DNA of 63,168 nt. Origin: a virus. Its lineage: Duplodnaviria; Caudoviricetes. The stretch lies in the IMG/VR virus record IMGVR_UViG_3300034093_001431, positions 1-63,168 of that record, one strand, 5' to 3'. Every line of letters begins with the position of its first letter. Position 1 is the first letter of the stretch. Of this stretch, positions 46,544 through 55,435 are shown one piece after another. The notes under the pieces are model-generated. The model was given only the letters and a program-made list of their open reading frames with translations, searched no databases and was not told the DNA's origin. The position numbers were made by a program, and so were the translations under genes.

Positions 46544-49500
46544 ATGCCGTGTAAGATAAAATACAAAGACAGGGATATGTCTTACGCAGAGTTCGCCTCA
46601 TCCATGTATGAAGGCGAGCTTGCTGCTTTAATAAACTCCGGCGTGATCGACTCCTCTAAGTTAAAGGGGAGCATGCCCGCGTCTATAACAGCGGCAATGT
46701 CTGCTGAGCCAGCACCGAAAGCTACCCCTGCCAAGTCGCCCCTGCCTCCTTTGAAATTAAAGGACCGGAAGGGTAAGCCGGTAAGGAAGGCGAGTGTAAA
46801 GGCGAAGATGAGCAACAACGCAGGCGCTGTCAACAGCGCGTTCTCTAACGTGTTCAAGCAGTTCCCTAACTTAACCATCAAGGTTGATGCTCAGTCATAT
46901 TTAAACGCATCGGCAGACCCCGCGTCTGTCCCTATATACGACTCGTATGATGACCTGATAGGGTTTACAAATGCGGGCGAGGTCTTTATAGACCCTTCGG
47001 TATTTGACCGTAGCTCAAGGATTGCAGCGCTATCATCTGTATGGTTAAAGGTAGCCGAGACCGTAGACCCTGCAATATACAAGTCCTTCATGAGCGAGCT
47101 TAAGAAGCCAGAGAACAGGTCTTACATAGACAGTGTAGAAGCTACGGGTAGGTTTACTGAAGAGAAAGATATCCTAAACCAAGCCGCGTCAAACATGATC
47201 AATGACGCAGCGTACCAGAGGGAGAACAGGACCCTTATACAAAAGTTTGCAGACTTCCTCAGGGATTTGTTTGGGATCAAGAGGGACTTTATGAAGATGA
47301 CTGCGAAGGATTTTGCGGAGACTATCGCAAAGGAACTTAACGGGAACTACCCGGTGTCTAGCCTGACATCAAAGCAGTTAGATGAGCTAGATCCTAGTGA
47401 TGCTAGGATATCTATAGATGGTGGTGTCCTTGATTACGAGGGTGGGGTTATGGCTAAGGCTGCCGATAAGGTGAGTGGGGTACGATTAATATCGCCTCAA
47501 AAGTTTAGCAGCTTCAAGACTATGCTTAGCTATATGTTCGGGGGTAAGTACTTCGGGAGGATAGACAACCTTAACAAGCAGAAGGATAGAGTTATAAACG
47601 CACGCATGCGCGAGCTTGATGGTAAGGTAAAGTCTTTCGCTAAACAATTTAAGAAAGAGTTTAAGGGCAAGTCTAATGCAGACATCAAGCGTGCTATTGA
47701 GTACATAAACGGCATCATGAGCTCCACGCAAAAGCGCAGCTGGGTTATGATGAATGCTAGGAATGGTGTACTGTCAGATGAGATGGTCGACATGATCCAG
47801 AGTATGCGAGATGACATAGACGCGATGTCTATGGAGGTGAACAAGTTCATCGACCCGCAGTCTAGACTGAGTGCTGTTATCAGTGGTAACCTAGGGTTCT
47901 ACATGAACCGAAGCTACGCCGTACATAACAACGGGTCTTGGAACAAGGCCATGTTCCCGTCTGGCATGAAGACCAGCGTATTCTCAGACAAGAGAACCCC
48001 GGAGATGCAGGCTGTGTACGACGAGGCGTTTGACTTCTTGAAGAACCAGTACCCTGAGTTATCATCGTCTGAGATTGACTTGATGTTAAAGCAGTTCTCA
48101 AAGGTCGACAAGGACGAGGCAGAGGATGCGTTTATAGAATCAAACGGTAAGGTAGGCAAGGCTTACTCAGACTTCTTGAAAGCTAGGAAGGATATGCCTG
48201 ACCAGATCCGCGCATTCCTTGGCGAGTACAAGGATCCGCTGACTAATTTCTACAACACTATGGCGAACATGATACAGTTCGCTGAGAATAGAAAGTTCTT
48301 GCAAAGTTTGGCTGACTTAGGGGACAACAAGATATTCTTTGACTCTCCTAGTAGCGAGTTCAATAGCGAGATAGCAGGGACCAAGAACGAGTACAGCCCA
48401 CTGTATGGTAAGTACACCTCGAAGGAGATTGCTGACTACCTGAGCGGGACAGACAAGATGTGGAAGATCCCTGTCTTCAGGAAACTCGCATCGGTCTGGA
48501 AGATGAACCAGACGGTTTTATCTCCAAGGTCTTGGGTAAGAAACTTCCATTCTAACTTCTTTATACACGTGTACAACGGTCACATATTCGGGCCCGTCAA
48601 GTACATGGCTAAAGGATTTTATTACGCAGGGAAGAACGTGGCTGACTCAGATGACTCGTACATACTTAGCCTTATGGAGGCTGGAGTGATCGGGTCTGGA
48701 GTTGAAGCGGGCGTGCTTCGCAGGGTTATAAAGGAGGCTTGGGGTGACATGGACGACATGACCCTTGACCCTGAGCAGAGATACAACTCTTTCACTGAGA
48801 GGTTAAACAGGGCTGTCAGCTGGACAAGAAATAAGTCTATAGATGTTTACGAGGCTGCAGATAACATCCACAAAATCATAGCGTTCGAGTCTGAAAAGTA
48901 TGACGTCAAGTATATGTTCCCGTCATTGAGCGAAAAGGAAATATTTGACATGGCCGTGGAAAGGTTTAAGGAGACCAACATTGTGTATGAGAAGGCGCCA
49001 GATATAATTAAGAGATTGTCTGCGTCGCCTATACTGGGTACGTTCCCTACCTTTACCGCAGAGGCCATGAGGATTGCCGTGACTATACCGATGCGTGCAG
49101 TCAAGGATATAAACGAAGGCGCTAAGAAGAAGAATGCTCGTCAGACCTTGGTTGGTCTTAAGAGACTGGTTGGATTCGCAGCAGGCGCTACCATGATGAA
49201 CGTGATAGCTAACCTAATCCTTTCAGGATTTGATCAGCCAGAGGAGGATGATGACGTGGCAAGGGTGCTGTACGAAGGGTCTCCGGAGTACGCCAAGAAT
49301 AGTAGCAAGATCATCATTAACAAGACCCCTAAGGGTTATAAGATGGTTGACTTGGACTGGCTTAATCCATTGAACTTTATTCAGAAGTCCTACAACACAT
49401 GGGAAAACACGGGCTCTTTTGAGCCGAACGACTCGCGCCTGCTGGCCGTGACGTCTACGCTTTTAGAATCCTTCATTGGCCCTGAAGCAGTCCTAGCTGT

Positions 49501-50308
49501 CGGCGAGGATATAATAAAGAACGAAGACTCATCCAAGAGGTCAGAAATTTATTCAATAAACGACAGGTTCTACGACAAGTTTGAGAAGAGCTTCATCTAT
49601 ATGAGCAAGAGATCTCAGCCCGGAATCGCTACCAGTGCTTATGATTTTTACAAAGCGTATGGTGTGGACAAGGAGTATGACGGGGACGCATACAAGAGGG
49701 ATACCAAGGACGAGGTGTTGAGGCACACGGCTGGGGTGAACATTGTTAGCGTGGATATTGTCCGCAACTGGGCTAATCAGGTAGCTAACAACTACGCACC
49801 CGCTATCAGTAGTTATACCGAGGACGTGAGCAAGATGAAGTACGACCTTAAGACCGAGGTGGAGAAGATGAACTACAACTTAAAGAGTGGTAACCTCACC
49901 AAGTCAGAGTACGACTCAAGGTTTGATGACATGTTGGACCAGTTCCAGAACGACATACACGAGGTGAACAAGGGTATAGTAGCCAAGCAGCTTAGACTTC
50001 ACAAGTACACCAAGTCCCTGCTTAATGTAGTGTCCCAATCTACCGACGACCCGGAACAGATTGCTAAGATTGAGGAGGAGATTCTAGGTAAGTACGAGTA
50101 CAGCATAGGCAAGAACGTGACCATGAACCAAGGGTACAAGGTGAAGGAAGCCTTGAAGTTAGGCAACCTGTACAACGCAGACTTCTTCTTCTTTAAGGAC
50201 ATGACAGGCGAGTTCCTTAATAACATGGGGTACAAGGGTTCTGACAAGGAGATGATGGACGCTTACCTAAAGGATTTGATAACAGAAGCTGACCAAAATT
50301 ATGAGTAA
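46544..50308 (+). CDS. Large polyvalent cargo protein (degenerate zincin plus LPD38-like C-terminus)
   Basis: GF...GEVFIDP followed by non-HExxH helix; helical C-terminal region. Confidence 0.65.
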   Translation: MPCKIKYKDRDMSYAEFASSMYEGELAALINSGVIDSSKLKGSMPASITAAMSAEPAPKATPAKSPLPPLKLKDRKGKPVRKASVKAKMSNNAGAVNSAFSNVFKQFPNLTIKVDAQSYLNASADPASVPIYDSYDDLIGFTNAGEVFIDPSVFDRSSRIAALSSVWLKVAETVDPAIYKSFMSELKKPENRSYIDSVEATGRFTEEKDILNQAASNMINDAAYQRENRTLIQKFADFLRDLFGIKRDFMKMTAKDFAETIAKELNGNYPVSSLTSKQLDELDPSDARISIDGGVLDYEGGVMAKAADKVSGVRLISPQKFSSFKTMLSYMFGGKYFGRIDNLNKQKDRVINARMRELDGKVKSFAKQFKKEFKGKSNADIKRAIEYINGIMSSTQKRSWVMMNARNGVLSDEMVDMIQSMRDDIDAMSMEVNKFIDPQSRLSAVISGNLGFYMNRSYAVHNNGSWNKAMFPSGMKTSVFSDKRTPEMQAVYDEAFDFLKNQYPELSSSEIDLMLKQFSKVDKDEAEDAFIESNGKVGKAYSDFLKARKDMPDQIRAFLGEYKDPLTNFYNTMANMIQFAENRKFLQSLADLGDNKIFFDSPSSEFNSEIAGTKNEYSPLYGKYTSKEIADYLSGTDKMWKIPVFRKLASVWKMNQTVLSPRSWVRNFHSNFFIHVYNGHIFGPVKYMAKGFYYAGKNVADSDDSYILSLMEAGVIGSGVEAGVLRRVIKEAWGDMDDMTLDPEQRYNSFTERLNRAVSWTRNKSIDVYEAADNIHKIIAFESEKYDVKYMFPSLSEKEIFDMAVERFKETNIVYEKAPDIIKRLSASPILGTFPTFTAEAMRIAVTIPMRAVKDINEGAKKKNARQTLVGLKRLVGFAAGATMMNVIANLILSGFDQPEEDDDVARVLYEGSPEYAKNSSKIIINKTPKGYKMVDLDWLNPLNFIQKSYNTWENTGSFEPNDSRLLAVTSTLLESFIGPEAVLAVGEDIIKNEDSSKRSEIYSINDRFYDKFEKSFIYMSKRSQPGIATSAYDFYKAYGVDKEYDGDAYKRDTKDEVLRHTAGVNIVSVDIVRNWANQVANNYAPAISSYTEDVSKMKYDLKTEVEKMNYNLKSGNLTKSEYDSRFDDMLDQFQNDIHEVNKGIVAKQLRLHKYTKSLLNVVSQSTDDPEQIAKIEEEILGKYEYSIGKNVTMNQGYKVKEALKLGNLYNADFFFFKDMTGEFLNNMGYKGSDKEMMDAYLKDLITEADQNYE

Positions 50309-50363
50309 TACCTACTAATTTACTACACGTGTTAATAGTTAATGTATTATATTTGTAGTGATT

Positions 50364-50609
50364 ATGAATGATGAGATGAAACACATAGTTGCTGCTCTTC
50401 TGAACCAGATGCAGAGCAATCAAGACGACTTGGTGGTGTGCGCTAAGTGGATAGGAGCCAGTATGTTACTTACGGTTCCGTCGTACATGCCAGAGTTAGA
50501 GCAGTGGGTTAGGTTGCTGAGTGTTACCTTCGGTAGCATCACCGCCTTTATAGGTATGATCATCATGGTATTCAAACTAAAGGACCTCCTAAGTAAACGA
50601 AAAAAGTAA
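50364..50609 (+). CDS. Putative holin
   Basis: Two hydrophobic segments, basic tail, upstream of lysin. Confidence 0.5.
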   Translation: MNDEMKHIVAALLNQMQSNQDDLVVCAKWIGASMLLTVPSYMPELEQWVRLLSVTFGSITAFIGMIIMVFKLKDLLSKRKK

Positions 50610-50611
50610 CC

Positions 50612-50953
50612 ATGTTTGAGGCGATAAAAAAAACAATTAAACAATTCCCCGAGGTGTTTGCCCTTCCTGTTATATGGATAGGCCTTATCATCTGCAAGTC
50701 CATGTTAGAGTTAGACCTAGAGGCTAACGCTATTATACCTTACGACTGGATTCAGTTTCCTGTGATGGCAGGGGCTACTGTTATGTTTGCTAACGCCTTA
50801 GCGCACGGTGCAATTAAATATAACCAACCATCGATATGGGCACAGTACAAGAAATGGATAAACAATCAAGGTCCAGAGCCGGGCAACTACTTCAGCTACT
50901 TAGTTCTTTATACGGCAGCGTTCGTCGTTATTATGTACGTCCTGCTCAAATAA
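50612..50953 (+). CDS. Membrane protein (3 TM), holin/antiholin candidate
   Basis: Hydrophobic segments. Confidence 0.5.
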   Translation: MFEAIKKTIKQFPEVFALPVIWIGLIICKSMLELDLEANAIIPYDWIQFPVMAGATVMFANALAHGAIKYNQPSIWAQYKKWINNQGPEPGNYFSYLVLYTAAFVVIMYVLLK

Positions 50954-51477
50954 TAATCATATCACTATCCTTATTCGAGACCACAGAACTTTACGCTAGC
51001 AACTGCGTAAGGACTACCGCGTATTCTCAGGTAGGGGTAACCGAAGAGGGTGGTAACAATAAGGGCAGGGTGGTAACTATGTACCTTTCCAACGCGAAGA
51101 TATACACGCCAGCCCCTTGGTGTGGCGCCTTTGTCAAGTGGGTACTGGATGCGTGCGGTGTTGAGCACTGGATCACCGCGTGGTCCCCAAGCGGAACGGC
51201 ACGCAACAGGATCTATGACCGAAGAACTCCAGACAAGAATGTTACAAAGCCAGAGAGCATGGACGTGTTTACCCTGTACTACCCGTCCCTTAAAAGGATA
51301 GGGCATGTAGGATTCGTTGATGAGTGGGGAGACAAGTGGGTCACCACAGTTGAGGGTAACACTAACGACTCAGGGTCTAGGGATAGTAACACCGGGGACG
51401 GTGTGCTTAAACGCAAGAGACTCAAGTCTACCATATACCAAGTAAGCAGACCAAACTACAGCAAGACATGCAGGTAA
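50836..51477 (+). CDS. CHAP-domain endolysin (start uncertain)
   Basis: APWCGAFV, GHVGFV, VEGNT. Confidence 0.88.
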   Translation: MGTVQEMDKQSRSRAGQLLQLLSSLYGSVRRYYVRPAQIIIISLSLFETTELYASNCVRTTAYSQVGVTEEGGNNKGRVVTMYLSNAKIYTPAPWCGAFVKWVLDACGVEHWITAWSPSGTARNRIYDRRTPDKNVTKPESMDVFTLYYPSLKRIGHVGFVDEWGDKWVTTVEGNTNDSGSRDSNTGDGVLKRKRLKSTIYQVSRPNYSKTCR

Positions 51478-52058
51478 TGAGAAGGGAACAGGAGGAACTT
51501 GTAAAGGCTTACAAGTTATTCAAACAGTACGGGTGGGTAGTGGAGAGGGGCCAGAAGGACTTCTACTCAGGGACCCTAGACCTCTGCGTCAGGCTTTACA
51601 AGAACGGGGAGTACACCCCTTGGTTCTATGGGCAGGCTCCTGTGGTTGACAAGAACCTAGTGTTCGCGCTAGTGTGTGCGGAGTTAACAGCCTTGACGTT
51701 TGCTGCCGTAGCTTATGACATCCCATTCAAGCAGGACTCTGTAGAGGATCCTGCCGTGACAGAGTCAACCGACGCGGACATGGGCGGCGTCACCAAGTGG
51801 AGGTTACTTCACGAGATGGGTTCAACCATCCATGATGTAGAGATGAGGCTTTACGGCATGGGCGTGGACATGACACCTTATCTTGTTTACAAGTCAAGGT
51901 TAAACGCTCAGGGTAAGAGGGTGACCAAGGAGAAGATGGCGGAGTTTTTCTTTCCAGATGGGGGCACTCCTAAGATTAAGCCTATAAAATTAAAGCCAGA
52001 AGAGAAGGCTGTGGTTACGCAAGAGCCTCCTAAGAAATCTTTCAGGGCTGAGTACTAA
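51468..52058 (+). CDS. Hypothetical protein
   Basis: Last + strand ORF. Confidence 0.65.
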   Translation: MQVMRREQEELVKAYKLFKQYGWVVERGQKDFYSGTLDLCVRLYKNGEYTPWFYGQAPVVDKNLVFALVCAELTALTFAAVAYDIPFKQDSVEDPAVTESTDADMGGVTKWRLLHEMGSTIHDVEMRLYGMGVDMTPYLVYKSRLNAQGKRVTKEKMAEFFFPDGGTPKIKPIKLKPEEKAVVTQEPPKKSFRAEY

Positions 52059-52095
52059 CAAAAAAGGGAAGGCTGAAGCCCTCCCTCTTAAGTTT
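52058..52095. terminator. Terminator between convergent gene blocks
   Basis: A-run, AGGG-AAGGC-tgaa-GCCCTCCCT. Confidence 0.6.
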
Positions 52096-52107
52096 AACCA
52101 ATAACCA

Positions 52108-52836
52108 CTAGCACAAACTAAGCACGAGACTCAACTCATCCTCACTGAGGAACCATGTTGCCGTATCCATGCTCACTGTCTCTGATAAGAATATAATATT
52201 CTGATAGTTCGTTATGTTATGTGAAGACTTTATGTCCAGCATGCACGTCGGGAAGTCAAGCACATTCTGCTTGAAGCCCTTCCCTGATAGTATGGTCGAG
52301 CTGTTCTTGTCAAGCCCCCTGTCGAGGTGCCTGTCCCATAGCCTGTAAGAGGACCCGTATGTTAAAGACTCGCACGCTTTTCTTGAGAGCATCCTCCCGC
52401 ACCCGACCAGCCTGTTACCCTTGTACCTGAACTCTCTGAACTCTTTAGTGTGAGAGTTATGGAAGTACACCGACTCGTACCCGCAGTAGCTCAGGCGCTG
52501 TATGTTCTGGCACAGGTTCTTTACACCTGCTGTGGATATGAGATCATCGCTACCCATGATCATGAGCGCGTCCCACTCGTGCTTCATGGCTGAAACAAAA
52601 CCTGTATTATGCTTCTCGCTGACAGGGTTGTTCCTAGCATTTACATAGTTGACAGGCACCTCAGGGTGCAGGGTCTGGGTTGCGAACACGTAGTCCTCGT
52701 GGTCAGAGAACACGACAGTCATAGACACCTCTACCCCTAGCTGAGACAGCTCCCTGTGAAGCCTGTTCATGCCGACGTAAAAGATTCTAGTAATGTTACG
52801 CCTGCCGTGAACGCAGACCAAGACCATCAACTTCAT
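52108..52836 (-). CDS. GT-A (GT2-like) glycosyltransferase
   Basis: N-terminal beta strand, KHNTG, MGSDD (DxD-like), GLD. Confidence 0.7.
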   Translation of the reverse strand: MKLMVLVCVHGRRNITRIFYVGMNRLHRELSQLGVEVSMTVVFSDHEDYVFATQTLHPEVPVNYVNARNNPVSEKHNTGFVSAMKHEWDALMIMGSDDLISTAGVKNLCQNIQRLSYCGYESVYFHNSHTKEFREFRYKGNRLVGCGRMLSRKACESLTYGSSYRLWDRHLDRGLDKNSSTILSGKGFKQNVLDFPTCMLDIKSSHNITNYQNIIFLSETVSMDTATWFLSEDELSLVLSLC

Positions 52837-53243
52837 TCTTCACCCTCCCCCTTCTCTTCTGCCGCTTGAGACATAGCCTCGTAAGACTTCTCCCTGTATT
52901 CCTTTAGCAACTGAGCTGCGTTAGGGAACATATAGATAGGCGTATCCTTTACCTCTTTCAATAGCTGTATGTCCACTACTTCCTTCATGAGAATCTCGAC
53001 GTAGGTCTGGGCTTCTAGGAAGGTGTCTCCCCTCTGCTGATCATCCTCTGTTACCATGTCAAACATGGTTGTGATCTTGTCCTTGTTTCTCTTCATGAAT
53101 GTTTCGAAGTAACGGTTGAATGTCATCTTAACATCCCTAGTGATGTACTCACCCGCTAGTTCATCCGCTAGGTACATTAACACCATGTTCACCATGATAA
53201 ACGTGAGCATCTTGTGCTTCTTCTCTTGATCTTTTGCTGTCAT
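52833..53243 (-). CDS. Hypothetical protein
   Basis: Operon context. Confidence 0.65.
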   Translation of the reverse strand: MTAKDQEKKHKMLTFIMVNMVLMYLADELAGEYITRDVKMTFNRYFETFMKRNKDKITTMFDMVTEDDQQRGDTFLEAQTYVEILMKEVVDIQLLKEVKDTPIYMFPNAAQLLKEYREKSYEAMSQAAEEKGEGEE

Positions 53244-53252
53244 TTTTATTTG

Positions 53253-53480
53253 TTATTTGTTTTCGATTTGTCCTAGTCCTTCTCTTTGGCAATGCCCTAG
53301 TATGCTACCTTCAACTATCTCATACGCCTGACCCTCTACCTTGGGTTCAATACTCTCTACCTTGTACTTGGTCTCTCCGTTAGTGTGTTTAGTTACCTCA
53401 AACTTGTATTCTCTATCAAGTATTATAACTCCGTAATAGAAGTCTATTTTCTTGTGCGGTTTAGGGTCTGTCTTAATCAT
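53253..53480 (-). CDS. Hypothetical protein
   Basis: Operon context. Confidence 0.6.
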   Translation of the reverse strand: MIKTDPKPHKKIDFYYGVIILDREYKFEVTKHTNGETKYKVESIEPKVEGQAYEIVEGSILGHCQREGLGQIENK

Positions 53481-53673
53481 TACTTTGTTGTTGTAGTTTA
53501 AAAAATATTTGTTTCAAATGATCGGGGATGTCCTTGACAAGCACCCCTGATGGCTGCCAATTATCCCCGACCTTGCCTATGTATTTAACCCTCCTAGTTG
53601 TGTACGAGTAGAGCCTGTTGTCAGAGGTCAGTATGTTGTACCCCTGCTTTAACTTGTATATCCTAGCCTTCAT
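53473..53673 (-). CDS. Hypothetical protein (start MKARIYK)
   Basis: ATGA-type coupling to upstream gene. Confidence 0.55.
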   Translation of the reverse strand: MKARIYKLKQGYNILTSDNRLYSYTTRRVKYIGKVGDNWQPSGVLVKDIPDHLKQIFFKLQQQSND

Positions 53674-54110
53674 CTGGATAGTCTTATTCCTAGTATAACG
53701 CCACCTACCAGAGCTGATGGGACTAGGACAAATGTACCCACCTTCCAAGACTTTTTCTTCACGTTAGCTTTTTTTAACTCGTCCTTCATAGAGGTCAGCG
53801 CCTGCTCCATCTCTAACTTCTGAGCCCTCTGTATGCCTGATATTTTTTTCAGGTCATCTATACTGCTGGCCTGTATCCCTGTCATCTGCTCATACGCGGA
53901 CAGCTTCTCCCTCTCCTGAACAAGTATCCCCTGCAGGAGTTTAGCCTCGTACCACCAGTAGTTGAGTGAAGTGTAGCACAGGTTGAACGCCTGATCGTTA
54001 CTTAGTCGGGGTGTACTTTCCTGAGAAGTAGTCTGACTCAAAAGAGTGTTGGTTGACAATACGCATAGCGCGATTAACACTGTCACCTGATGTAAGAATT
54101 TCTTTTTCAT
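53670..54110 (-). CDS. Signal peptide + coiled coil + C-terminal TM; spanin-like candidate
   Basis: Overlaps upstream TM/coiled-coil gene in another frame, as Rz/Rz1 pairs do. Confidence 0.4.
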   Translation of the reverse strand: MKKKFLHQVTVLIALCVLSTNTLLSQTTSQESTPRLSNDQAFNLCYTSLNYWWYEAKLLQGILVQEREKLSAYEQMTGIQASSIDDLKKISGIQRAQKLEMEQALTSMKDELKKANVKKKSWKVGTFVLVPSALVGGVILGIRLSR

Positions 54111-54393
54111 TGTAATAGTATTTGTTGGTTATAGATGCCCTCTTGTTCTCTAGCAAAAGGATTAAAGAATCTCCGTGGCTGATCCTGTCGACTAGCTGCT
54201 GTATCATAGCTTCCCTCTGGGTCACCTGAATCTCGAGCTGCCTGATCTGATCCTCAGCGTATGTGTTTAAGGGCGAGTAGTCCACAGACCTCGACCGAAG
54301 ACCGTGCTGCATTAACAACCCGAACATGACCGACGCTGTTATTACGAACACGGGCCATAGTATCTTTCTTTTTATTGACTGTCTCTGTTGCAT
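53998..54393 (-). CDS. N-terminal TM + coiled coil; i-spanin-like candidate
   Basis: Single TM then periplasmic helix. Confidence 0.4.
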   Translation of the reverse strand: MQQRQSIKRKILWPVFVITASVMFGLLMQHGLRSRSVDYSPLNTYAEDQIRQLEIQVTQREAMIQQLVDRISHGDSLILLLENKRASITNKYYYNEKEILTSGDSVNRAMRIVNQHSFESDYFSGKYTPTK

Positions 54394-54704
54394 GCTTTAT
54401 GTATTATGTTTTCTATGTCCTTGTTGAACTGGTGTATGTTGCACGGGGCGACATACTCTTGCGCTAACCTCTTGACCTGATCACCTAGCTTCATCATCAC
54501 GGCCTGAACGTCATCACCTGTCACCTTAACGAGCGCGGCTAGCGTAGTGATGAACTCTCCGTTAGCATCCAAGATCAGGGCTATGTTAGTGTCCTCGCTG
54601 TCGGTGTACACGCTGACGAGCCTGCCTACGCTGGCGTCCTCAAAGTCCAGCGCCACCCTGTTGATAGACCCTGCCTTGTAGTACCTGCACGGGGTTGTGT
54701 TCAT
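54372..54704 (-). CDS. Hypothetical protein
   Basis: Operon context. Confidence 0.6.
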   Translation of the reverse strand: MNTTPCRYYKAGSINRVALDFEDASVGRLVSVYTDSEDTNIALILDANGEFITTLAALVKVTGDDVQAVMMKLGDQVKRLAQEYVAPCNIHQFNKDIENIIHKACNRDSQ

Positions 54705-54937
54705 GTTTCGTATGCTAGTATATCTGACTCATCTATGACAAGCGTGCCATCCTCCGAGTCGTTAAACTTCTTTAAAGAAATGCCCGCAAGCCTGACCACC
54801 ATACCCGGAGAGACCCTTACGGCCTCCCCGGTTTTGATGACATTTGCTCGGCACACCTTGCGCTGATTAATTTTAATCAGGCTACTCACCTCTTCCAGTA
54901 TTGGTGAGATCATAACCTTGCCCTTCATCAGCCTCAT
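54701..54937 (-). CDS. Divergent short GroES-like protein
   Basis: MRLMKGKVMISP, ANVIKTG, VSPGMVV, LVIDESDILA. Confidence 0.65.
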   Translation of the reverse strand: MRLMKGKVMISPILEEVSSLIKINQRKVCRANVIKTGEAVRVSPGMVVRLAGISLKKFNDSEDGTLVIDESDILAYET

Positions 54938-54939
54938 GG

Positions 54940-55434
54940 TTACTTTATTTGCAGGTTATTGTTCACTGAGATTGAGGCCCCGAGTACCACGGCTCCAGAC
55001 TTAATCGCGTCCTTTATTTTCGCCTTGTCTACCCTCCACTCTTCCTTCTTCACCTTGTACTCTATCGGCACAAGGTTCTCGTCCTCTACCTCAACAGACT
55101 CAGACTTCCTGAATGACACGCTGATGAGCGGGGTTGTTATCTTCTGCACGCCCATGTCTTCCATCGCCCCCTTGAGTCGCTGCTTCAGCGAGTCCACGTT
55201 GCGGGCGTTGCGAGCCTTTAATATTTTCAATCGCTCCATCTCCGCGTCGATGATGGTGTTGTTTGTCTCGTAAGCCTTCATGATGAAGCTATAGTTCTGC
55301 GCCTTCACCTCGATGCTTGACGACACGGCGTCTAATCTTTCTGCGATCTCTGGGGTGATCTCACCCTCTGCCATCTCGATCTCTAGCATGATCTCCTTGT
55401 ACTCTTGGGAGATGTTAAATAATGACTGGTTCAT
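54940..55434 (-). CDS. Siphovirus Gp157-family protein
   Basis: SLFNI...RKSESVEV..IP..Y...DKAKIKDAIKSG..V.GA...NLQIK. Confidence 0.85.
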   Translation of the reverse strand: MNQSLFNISQEYKEIMLEIEMAEGEITPEIAERLDAVSSSIEVKAQNYSFIMKAYETNNTIIDAEMERLKILKARNARNVDSLKQRLKGAMEDMGVQKITTPLISVSFRKSESVEVEDENLVPIEYKVKKEEWRVDKAKIKDAIKSGAVVLGASISVNNNLQIK

Positions 55435-55435
55435 A

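Noticed and set aside
692-50644. Numerous antisense ORFs within + strand genes
   Set aside because: Shadow frames of codon-biased genes with no promoters or recognisable motifs
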